Positions 56,509-64,000 of a DNA stretch of 64,000 nt are shown in pieces; the stretch's first letter is position 1; each line of letters opens with the position of its first letter. A model generated the notes under the pieces. That model had not been told where the DNA came from, made no database searches, and saw only the letters and a program-made list of their open reading frames with translations. The stretch spans positions 64,068 through 128,067 of the forward strand of contig JACKFK010000004.1 in the NCBI GenBank assembly GCA_020632515.1, read 5' to 3'. The DNA comes from Candidatus Omnitrophota bacterium (GTDB lineage: Bacteria > Omnitrophota > Gorgyraeia > Zapsychrales > Zapsychraceae). The position numbers and the translations under genes were made by a program.

Positions 56509-57762
56509 ATGAGTTTTATACTTTTACTTTTATATCTGACATGCACGTTTATCCGGCCGCAAGATTGGGTTCCAGCGTTATTCGGCATGCGCTTAATTAA
56601 TGGGTTAGCCTTAGCCACAATGTTTTTTATCATTGTTGAGAGGGCTGTCGGTCGAAAATTTAATTTTGTTAATGTTCCACAAAATAAATTGATGCTGGGA
56701 TTCATTTTTGCCATCGTGATGTCGCATGTGGCGCATACTTATTTAGGTGGATTGATTGCTTCCGTTAGTGAATTCATGGTTATCTTTATTCTTTATTTTC
56801 TAATACTTAACGGGATTAATACAAAGTTGAAATTTAAATTCAGTATTTGGTTTATTGTCGGATTAATTTTTATTCTGGTTTTTCAAGGGATATTTCAAAT
56901 GGAAAATGGTTATGGTTGGGCAGGGCAAGGACTCACCAGAGCCGCAGCTGAAGATTTTCGAATTAATTGGATCGGTATTTTCAGTGATCCAAATGATTTA
57001 GCTTTAGCCTTTATTATCGCTATTGGGATATTGATTGCGTTCTTGTTTGGAAAAACAAACTATTTTATACGTTTAGCAATTATCCCGATGATAGGGTATT
57101 TGTTTTATGGAATCTATTTAACAAATTCCCGGGGAGGATTTTTAGCCTTAATGGCGACTATTATTTTTTATTTCATTAAAAAAACGCGCAAGTTTACGTT
57201 AGGTGCTATCATCGGTGGCAGTTTGGCTGTATTGATATTTGCCTTAGGCCCGTCGCGATTAGGGTTAATTAGCACTTCTGAAGCTTCAGCACAGGGAAGA
57301 ATTCAGTTATGGTATGAAGGAATCTTGATGATTAAGTCTAATCCATTGTTTGGGGTTGGACATGATCGTTTTATGGAAGATTTACCGCAGACCGCGCATA
57401 ATTCATATATTTTAGCAGCGGCAGAATTAGGTCTGTTTGGTTACTTTTTTTGGGTCGCGTTGATTTATTGTTCATATAAAGGTTTGTCAATTATTCAGGA
57501 TAATGATGAGGAATTAAAGCAGTACGCGTTAGGATTACAATCGGGATTAATTGGGTTTAGTGCGGCTGCATTTTTCTTATCGCGGACGTACGTTATTTTA
57601 CCCTATTTACTTTTCGCGTTAGCAGGTTCATTGATGCATATCGCTTATGCGCGTAACACTCAATTAAAATTTGAATTTACTAAAATAGACACAAAGAATG
57701 TGATTAAAATCGCACTGGCAATTTTAGTGTTTACTTATGGAACGATTAAGGTCGGGATTTAA
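56509..57762 (+). CDS. O-antigen ligase/polymerase-family membrane protein (Wzy_C-like)
   Basis: At least 10 TM segments. A large loop contains SRGG, and H-containing AHNSYI..AAELG is typical of the O-antigen ligase domain. Confidence 0.75.
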   Translation: MSFILLLLYLTCTFIRPQDWVPALFGMRLINGLALATMFFIIVERAVGRKFNFVNVPQNKLMLGFIFAIVMSHVAHTYLGGLIASVSEFMVIFILYFLILNGINTKLKFKFSIWFIVGLIFILVFQGIFQMENGYGWAGQGLTRAAAEDFRINWIGIFSDPNDLALAFIIAIGILIAFLFGKTNYFIRLAIIPMIGYLFYGIYLTNSRGGFLALMATIIFYFIKKTRKFTLGAIIGGSLAVLIFALGPSRLGLISTSEASAQGRIQLWYEGILMIKSNPLFGVGHDRFMEDLPQTAHNSYILAAAELGLFGYFFWVALIYCSYKGLSIIQDNDEELKQYALGLQSGLIGFSAAAFFLSRTYVILPYLLFALAGSLMHIAYARNTQLKFEFTKIDTKNVIKIALAILVFTYGTIKVGI

Positions 57763-57777
57763 GAGGAGTAAATTATT

Positions 57778-58560
57778 ATGAATACATTAAGTGAATTGAT
57801 TAATTATCGGGGGCTGTTATTAGCTTTTATTCAACGAAATATCAAGATTAAATATAAACAGACGGTTATGGGGTTTATGTGGGCGATCTTTATGCCGATT
57901 ATGATTGTGATTTCCGGGATTATTGTTCGTAACGCGATGGCGATGTTATCAGGAAAGACGGTTAATTTTGCGGAAATAGCTTCCGTATCAGTGAAGTCAT
58001 TGCCGTGGGCATTTTTTATTGGAGCGTTAAAGTTTTCTGTTGGTAGTTTAGTCAGCAATATGAATATCTTAAAGAAGATTTATTTTCCTCGGGTTATCTT
58101 TCCTTTATCGTATATCCTTGGTCAGTTATTTGATTTTATTATTGCGGGTGTTGCTTTTAGTATTATTTTGGCCTTGGCGCATATTGGCGGCAGTATCCAT
58201 TTGTTGTGGCTGCCAGTTTTAGTAATATTTCTGATCTTATTTACAGCGGGCTGTGGTTTAATCCTTTCCTGCGGTAATCTTTTTTATCGGGATGTGAAAT
58301 ATATTGTGGATGTTGTATTAACTTTCGCAATTTTCTTCACGCCGGTATTTTATGACGCGGCAACATTTGGCCGATGGGAATCATTGTTATTATTAAACCC
58401 GATTGGCGCGTTGCTTGAGAATATTAACGCGGTAGTTGTTTTGCATCAAGCGCCTAATTTTTTCTGGCTTACATATAGCGGAGTATGGGGCTTTGGGTTA
58501 TTTTTTGCAGGGTGGTTTATTTTTCATAAAGCGGAACCTAGTTTCGCGGATAAAATATAA
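57778..58560 (+). CDS. wzm: ABC-2 type polysaccharide exporter permease
   Basis: Six TM segments with the I..RYKQT..G..WA...P signature of Wzm/TagG/KpsM permeases. Confidence 0.85.
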   Translation: MNTLSELINYRGLLLAFIQRNIKIKYKQTVMGFMWAIFMPIMIVISGIIVRNAMAMLSGKTVNFAEIASVSVKSLPWAFFIGALKFSVGSLVSNMNILKKIYFPRVIFPLSYILGQLFDFIIAGVAFSIILALAHIGGSIHLLWLPVLVIFLILFTAGCGLILSCGNLFYRDVKYIVDVVLTFAIFFTPVFYDAATFGRWESLLLLNPIGALLENINAVVVLHQAPNFFWLTYSGVWGFGLFFAGWFIFHKAEPSFADKI

Positions 58561-58563
58561 AAA

Positions 58564-58668
58564 TCACAAAATCACAAGATTGCAAAATTACAGTGATGTT
58601 TTTGTGACATTGTGACAAAAGATTCAAATATGTTTTGCTGTGAATTTGTGACGTTATAACTTTGTGAC
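58564..58668. repeat. Array of TGTGAC/TCACA motifs phased in multiples of 8 bp within the wzm-wzt spacer
   Basis: TCACA at 58564 and 58572. TGTGA(C) at 58603, 58611, 58639, 58647 and 58663, with spacings of 8, 28, 8 and 16. The tandem 8-mers are AATCACAA x2 and TTGTGACA x2. Confidence 0.6.
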
Positions 58669-58687
58669 TTTTAAATGAGGTGGACAT

Positions 58688-59935
58688 ATGTATGCAATAG
58701 AATTTAACAATGTATGGAAAAAATTTCAAAAAGGTGAAAAAGCACATTCTTTGCGCGATGGTATTCCCATGTTTTTTAAAAATATGTTTAGTGGAAATAA
58801 GGAGAGCCGCGAATTAAGTGAAGAAGAATTTTGGGCTGTTAAGAATGTGGATTTTAGAGTTAAGAAGGGTGAAGTTTTAGGCATCATTGGCCCTAATGGT
58901 GCGGGTAAAAGTACCATTTTAAAACTTTTATCTCGTATTATGAAACCAACCAAAGGAACTTTTAAAATTCAAGGACGTTTATCCGCTCTAATTGAAGTAA
59001 CCGCAGGGTTTCATCCGGAGTTTACCGGTCGAGAAAATATTTATTTTAATGGTTCTGTCTTAGGGATGAGCCGTAAAGAAATTGACGCACGCTTTAATGA
59101 AATTGTTGAATTTTCAGGTGTAGGTGATTTTATCGATACGCCTGTTAAGAGATATTCTTCTGGAATGTCCGCTAGGCTTGGATTTGCTATAGCCGCGCAT
59201 GTTAATCCGGATGTCTTGCTTGTTGATGAAGTTTTGTCAGTCGGGGATATGACATTTCAGGCTAAATGTACAGCTAAAATGAGGGAGCTTCTTAATTCCG
59301 GTGTAACTATTATTTTTATATCCCATAATATTCCGTTAGTTCAAAGTTTGTGTGAACGCGTTATATTGCTGAATAAAGGTGAAATCTTAAAGCAAGGGGA
59401 TCCGGATGAAGTCATTCCTTATTATGAAAACTTAGTTAATGCTATTCGTGAAGGTGAATTAAAACGTTCTTTAGATGATGAAGATCCTCGCCTTGAAGTT
59501 AAAGATAGAATACTAATTAGAATTCCCGATGTCACAGTATCGGATGAAAGCGGTATTGTGAAAGAGAATTTTAAATCTACTGAATCTTTAAGAATCTGTA
59601 TTGATTATCAGGCCTGGGAAAAAATTATCAACCCGATATTTATTATCAATGTTGTTCGTTCCGATGGGGTTATTTGCTTTGCTTGTAACACTCTTGACGA
59701 TAATTATGCTATTGAAAGTATTGAAGGTGAGGGGCGAATGGAAATCCGAATCAAGGCACCGAAACTGGGCCCAAATGTATATTATGTAAAAACGTATATT
59801 ATGGACCGGGATATGATTCATCCTTACGCGATCGCCAAGAAAGGAGTTTTTACCATCGATACCATTAAAACAATTGATAAAGCAAATGCTGTTTTAAGAG
59901 TGGATTCAATCTGGTCGCATCAGAAAAAAAAATAA
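58688..59935 (+). CDS. wzt: Polysaccharide ABC exporter ATP-binding protein with a C-terminal Wzt-type carbohydrate-binding domain
   Basis: Walker A GPNGAGKST, signature YSSGM, Walker B LLVDEVLSVGD, plus a ~150-aa beta-rich C-terminal extension. Confidence 0.9.
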   Translation: MYAIEFNNVWKKFQKGEKAHSLRDGIPMFFKNMFSGNKESRELSEEEFWAVKNVDFRVKKGEVLGIIGPNGAGKSTILKLLSRIMKPTKGTFKIQGRLSALIEVTAGFHPEFTGRENIYFNGSVLGMSRKEIDARFNEIVEFSGVGDFIDTPVKRYSSGMSARLGFAIAAHVNPDVLLVDEVLSVGDMTFQAKCTAKMRELLNSGVTIIFISHNIPLVQSLCERVILLNKGEILKQGDPDEVIPYYENLVNAIREGELKRSLDDEDPRLEVKDRILIRIPDVTVSDESGIVKENFKSTESLRICIDYQAWEKIINPIFIINVVRSDGVICFACNTLDDNYAIESIEGEGRMEIRIKAPKLGPNVYYVKTYIMDRDMIHPYAIAKKGVFTIDTIKTIDKANAVLRVDSIWSHQKKK

Positions 59936-59936
59936 A

Positions 59937-61208
59937 ATGAGAATTCTGCATCTTAATCATCTATACCACCCCTCTGTGGGTGGTTTGCCTATATATATGA
60001 AACAACTCTCTGAGAAACTGGTGGAGTTTAACGATGAGGTGTTGTTGTATACATCCATGGCTTTGGATGTCCCCCAATTTTTTAATGAAGATTCTAAAAG
60101 AAATAAAATTCTCAAAAAAGAAATTATTAATGGTGTCAAAGTAAGAAGATTTCCTGTTCGCTATAAACTTTATGAGAGAGTATTTAAAAAAATTCGTAAA
60201 ATGCGCGGAGGATACCGGATTACTGAAAAGTTATTTGGCGATGCTTTAGAAAATATTCATCGGGGGCCGTTTATTCCAGGGCTGGTCGGAGGAATTTTAT
60301 CAGCACGAGCTGATATTGTTGTCTGTCCTAATGTGTATAACACCCATAGTTATATGTGCTATTTGGCTCGCAAATGGGGTAATTTTCCTTTTGTGGTTAT
60401 TCCGAGTCTACGAATGGAGCCTGGTTGGCAGGATGATGTAATGGTCGATAGAATTCTGAAGGAAGCGGATGGTATTATTGCTTTCACTGAACATGAAAAA
60501 AATATTTTATTGAGTAAAGGGATAAAGGAAGAAATTGTATCGGTTGTGGGAAACGCGATTATTCCCGAGGAGTTTGAGCATGTTAATGGATCTAGATTTC
60601 GCGAAAAATATCAATTAAAGAAAATGCCGACAGTGACTTTTTTGGGGAGAAAGACAAGAGGAAAAGGATCGGCAACTCTTATTGATGCGATGAACATAGT
60701 GTGGCAGGAATTAAAAGATGTTCGGTTGGTTTTGGCTGGGTATAAGCGCGATGAATATGTCGAAGTCTTTGCTGAAAAGATTAAGGGATTGAAGAGAGAA
60801 GATCAGCAAAAGATTTTAGACTTAGATCAATTTCCAAGTCATGAACGTGGAGATATTTATGCGGACATGGATGTATTTGTCATGGCATCGCAAGTAGATT
60901 CTTTCGGTTTAGTTTATTTAGAAGCATGGTGTTGTGGTAAACCAGTCATTGCTTGTAAAAATACAGCACCAGGATCGTATATTACGAATGGTCAAAATGG
61001 ATTGTTAGTAGAGTATGGCAATTCAAAAGAATTAGCCGCGGCAATTTTACGATTATTAAGAGATGAGAATCTTCGTCGGGGTATGGGAGAAGATGGACGG
61101 AAACAAGTATTGGAAAATTATACATGGGATGTTGTGGCAAAACAAATTCGACAAGCGTATCAACATGCTATTGAGCGGCATCACGCTAAAGGTAAGGTGG
61201 CGAAATAA
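59937..61208 (+). CDS. GT4-family (GT-B) glycosyltransferase
   Basis: N-terminal MRILHLNH..P..GG and the C-terminal E(x7)E-like region DSFGLVYLEAWCCGKPVIA. Confidence 0.85.
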   Translation: MRILHLNHLYHPSVGGLPIYMKQLSEKLVEFNDEVLLYTSMALDVPQFFNEDSKRNKILKKEIINGVKVRRFPVRYKLYERVFKKIRKMRGGYRITEKLFGDALENIHRGPFIPGLVGGILSARADIVVCPNVYNTHSYMCYLARKWGNFPFVVIPSLRMEPGWQDDVMVDRILKEADGIIAFTEHEKNILLSKGIKEEIVSVVGNAIIPEEFEHVNGSRFREKYQLKKMPTVTFLGRKTRGKGSATLIDAMNIVWQELKDVRLVLAGYKRDEYVEVFAEKIKGLKREDQQKILDLDQFPSHERGDIYADMDVFVMASQVDSFGLVYLEAWCCGKPVIACKNTAPGSYITNGQNGLLVEYGNSKELAAAILRLLRDENLRRGMGEDGRKQVLENYTWDVVAKQIRQAYQHAIERHHAKGKVAK

Positions 61209-61209
61209 G

Positions 61210-63375
61210 ATGAAGAATAAGATTGATCAAAATACAGCAGGAGCTAAGTTGTCGAGGAAAAAAGGTGTTTCACTCGTTAGGAAGTGGCAGAAATTTCAAC
61301 ATCTTCAATATACCGCACGGATAAGTTTACAACAAAACATGAAACGGTTGTATAAGCTTGAATCATTTGTTTATAGTTTTGATGTTTTTGACACAATCAT
61401 CACACGTAAAACAGCTACTCCTCAGGGTGTTTTTGTGCTGATGCAACAACAATTGAAATCAGGAGCCATTAATGTGTCGGAAGAATTTATTAATAACTTT
61501 AAAATGATTCGTTCTTCTGCGGAAAAGGACGCTGAGAATGAGTTTAGAAAGGTCTGTACGCTTAAAGATATTTATTTATTCATTAAGAAAAAACATCAAT
61601 TATCTATCGAAGCTGTTGATTATTTGATGAAATTAGAAATTGATACGGAATTAGACGCTGTTCGTCCGATTACAACCGTGGTGGAACTCATTAAGGATTT
61701 ACATAAAAAACAAGCCAGAATTATTTACATATCTGATATGTATCTCTCCAGCGCGATTATTCAACGGATGTTAGAAAAAGTTGGAGTCTATAATGAGCGG
61801 GATAATATCTATGTTTCCAATGAACATGGAATGACTAAGAAATCAGGACAGTTGTTTCGATATGTCCTTAAGAGCGAAGATTGTCAAGCTCAATACTTAA
61901 CGCATGTCGGCGACAACCTTCAAGCGGATATTGTCAGCGCGCAGAAAATGGGTATTGACTGTATATACTTTAATGAATCTGTGGCATCACGTTATGAAGA
62001 AATCATTCTTCATGAAATCACTAATAATACGGAGAATTCAAGCGACTCTCAATTTTGGTCGCAAGCAGCCCGTTTGGCTAGACTGAATAATCCCTTTTTA
62101 ACGCGAAAAGAAAGACAGATGTATGAATTAGGAGCCAATGTTGCTGGTCCGATGCTGACTAGTTATGTGGCTTGGTTGCTTACTAAAGCGCAAAGTTTGC
62201 ATTTAAAACGATTGTATTTTATCGCCCGGGATGGACAGATTATTTATGATCTTGCCAAGAGTATGATTCGTGATATGGGGATCGATATAGAATTGCGATA
62301 TATATACGCGTCCCGGCAGTCATGCTTGTTGGCTATGACCACACAGGTCAACAATGATGCGTTTAAATGGATTTTATTAAAGACCCCTTATTTATCTATT
62401 CGCAATGTGGCTTCTCGGCTAAGTCTTTCTGAAGAAGCTCTTCTTAAAGAAATAAATCAACTATGTCGAAGAAGTATTCATGCGGATACCATCTTAAGTG
62501 AAGTAGAAATTCAGGCCTTAAAAAAGGTGTTAAAAGAAACTTTATTTGTTGATCAGATATTAGCTAATGCGAAAAAAGAACGTGAGTTAATTACGGGTTA
62601 TTTAGAGCAAGAGGGCGTGTTTGATAACTTACCGTTAGGCGTTGTTGATTTAGGATGGAAGGGAACGATACAAGACGCCATAGTGACAATTGTAAAATTA
62701 AAAAACCCCAATCATTCCGGCCAAATTCAAGGGTTTTATTTCGGGATCGCTGAAGAGGCCAAATATAATTCGAATATTCATTTAAAGAATGGTTTTTATT
62801 TTTCCCCTACTGGAGAAACAAAGAACTGTCCTGTTCGTTGGACAGGAATGAGAATTTTGGAAATATTCACCTCAGGCGATCATGGATTAACTATTTCATA
62901 TTTTAAAAATAAATTAGGGTTTTGGTGTCCGTTATTAAAAGAACAAGTAAATCGGGATGCTTTAGATTGGGGACTAAAGGAATTAAGAATGGGGATTCAT
63001 AATTTTGTGACATATCTACCAACGGAAATAAAACAAGATTTAAAAGAGCGTAATTTTAATTGGCATCAAGAAATGATTACAAAACTATTTAATCAATTGA
63101 TGGGTTTTCCTACAAAAAGCGAGGCCAAAGCCATAGGCGATTATCCTTTTAAAAGTGATCAGGCAGAAGTTTACTCTGTTAAATTCGCGCCTGCTTTTAA
63201 TTTGATTAACGCGTTTAAATACGGATTAATTGATGAAAAATATAAATTAACAAGTTGGTTTAAGGGAACTTATTTGCGCAGTAATAAAATGGAACGTCTA
63301 ATCGCGCGGATGATTCTTTCCAGACCGTTTCAAAAAGTTATTAAGAAATTTCATAATAAAAAATTTATTTTTTAA
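61210..63375 (+). CDS. Large HAD-superfamily-like protein (N-terminal COG5610-type hydrolase domain plus a ~450-aa uncharacterised C-terminal region)
   Basis: FDVFDTIITR, ISDMY and HVGDNLQADI HAD-like motifs. The ATG at 61210 follows the GT4 stop immediately; the longer ORF from 61063 overlaps GT4 and is unlikely. Confidence 0.6.
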   Translation: MKNKIDQNTAGAKLSRKKGVSLVRKWQKFQHLQYTARISLQQNMKRLYKLESFVYSFDVFDTIITRKTATPQGVFVLMQQQLKSGAINVSEEFINNFKMIRSSAEKDAENEFRKVCTLKDIYLFIKKKHQLSIEAVDYLMKLEIDTELDAVRPITTVVELIKDLHKKQARIIYISDMYLSSAIIQRMLEKVGVYNERDNIYVSNEHGMTKKSGQLFRYVLKSEDCQAQYLTHVGDNLQADIVSAQKMGIDCIYFNESVASRYEEIILHEITNNTENSSDSQFWSQAARLARLNNPFLTRKERQMYELGANVAGPMLTSYVAWLLTKAQSLHLKRLYFIARDGQIIYDLAKSMIRDMGIDIELRYIYASRQSCLLAMTTQVNNDAFKWILLKTPYLSIRNVASRLSLSEEALLKEINQLCRRSIHADTILSEVEIQALKKVLKETLFVDQILANAKKERELITGYLEQEGVFDNLPLGVVDLGWKGTIQDAIVTIVKLKNPNHSGQIQGFYFGIAEEAKYNSNIHLKNGFYFSPTGETKNCPVRWTGMRILEIFTSGDHGLTISYFKNKLGFWCPLLKEQVNRDALDWGLKELRMGIHNFVTYLPTEIKQDLKERNFNWHQEMITKLFNQLMGFPTKSEAKAIGDYPFKSDQAEVYSVKFAPAFNLINAFKYGLIDEKYKLTSWFKGTYLRSNKMERLIARMILSRPFQKVIKKFHNKKFIF

Positions 63376-63390
63376 AGGCAGGAAGAAGAT

Positions 63391-64000
63391 ATGGAAATTT
63401 CAGTATTAATGGCCAGTTTTAAACGACAAGATATTTTACGCAAAACATTAGAAAGTTTGAAAAAAGTAAATTCTCGGGGGATTCAATGGGAAATTTTACT
63501 AATTGATAATGCCAATGATGCTAAGACCAAAACGCTTGTGGAGGAGTTTAAGAGTAGTCTCCCTATTCATTATCTTGTAGAAAATAGAAAAGGTAAAAAC
63601 TCGTCTCTAAATCAAGCGATCACTAAAGCCCAAGGGGATTTATTTATTTTTACAGATGATGATGTGATTGTGGATTCCAATTGGCTCAAAGAATATCAAG
63701 AGGGAGTGAAGCGTTGGCCGCAGTTTTCTGTGTTTGGCGGTCGGATTCTTCCCTTATGGCCTGACGGAATGAAACCATTTCCCAATATTAATAAATCCTT
63801 TTTTCAATCCGCTTATTCAATTGCTGATTGGAGTTTTAAAGAAGGTCCTTATGAAGCGGGAAAAGTCTGGGGTCCGAATATGGCGATCCGTAAGAAAATA
63901 TTTGATCAAGATTATTGTTTTAACGAAAAAGTGGGGCCGAGCGGTAATAATTACATTATGGGATCGGAAACAGAGTTAACCAAGCGTTTGGAAAATGACG
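63391..64000 (+). CDS. GT2 glycosyltransferase, 3' end outside the window
   Basis: ISVLMASFKR, LIDNANDAKT and FTDDD (DxD) motifs. The ORF is open to the window end and is not in the supplied track. Confidence 0.8.
   Translation, partial: MEISVLMASFKRQDILRKTLESLKKVNSRGIQWEILLIDNANDAKTKTLVEEFKSSLPIHYLVENRKGKNSSLNQAITKAQGDLFIFTDDDVIVDSNWLKEYQEGVKRWPQFSVFGGRILPLWPDGMKPFPNINKSFFQSAYSIADWSFKEGPYEAGKVWGPNMAIRKKIFDQDYCFNEKVGPSGNNYIMGSETELTKRLEND

Noticed and set aside
1-64000. Search for CRISPR arrays, tRNA/rRNA genes, transposases, integrases, prophage or known defence-system genes
   Set aside because: None was recognised by eye on either strand. The window appears to be stable chromosome rather than a mobile or defence island. 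The absence of tRNAs should be confirmed with tRNAscan-SE.

Overview
AT-rich bacterial chromosome segment, almost entirely coding and mostly on the + strand. I saw no rRNA, tRNA, CRISPR array, transposase or integrase. The lineage cannot be assigned from sequence alone. The gene content (Wza-type outer-membrane export, lipoproteins, sigma-54) points to a diderm, probably uncultivated, bacterium.

1-32.2 kb is a housekeeping backbone: a CpaF-type ATPase fragment, proS, rimP-nusA-infB, trpS, scpA, ruvB, SpoIID, queA-tgt-trmD-rplS, rnhB, yraN, an FtcD-like gene with folD, polA, glgA, coaE, rho, rpmE-prfA-prmC-murA, and trpG-D-C-F.

32.2-48.8 kb is more accessory:
- a stand-alone ~230-nt structured RNA with its own promoter and terminator
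- a Zn-ribbon protein and an M20 peptidase
- a small histone-fold protein
- a truncated-HemC/CobA/HemD triple fusion followed by hemL
- a tight six-gene operon combining a GT2 plus GT-C pair with an arsenosugar-type gene set (DUF547, AS3MT-type ArsM, TIGR04283-like and TIGR04282-like transferases), with no radical-SAM ArsS in view
- a YbaK-like deacylase

48.8-64 kb holds rpoN, divergent from a textbook sigma-54 promoter. That promoter heads a large exopolysaccharide locus: a PEP-CTERM-type export, chain-length, ATPase and BY-kinase module, a Wzy/ligase-like protein, the Wzm/Wzt ABC exporter, and glycosyltransferases.

The items most worth follow-up are the unclassified RNA, the histone-fold protein, the ArsS-less arsenosugar-like operon, the heme triple fusion, the sigma-54/EPS wiring, and an 8-bp-phased motif array between wzm and wzt.

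All functional calls come from motif recognition by eye. No database search was run.
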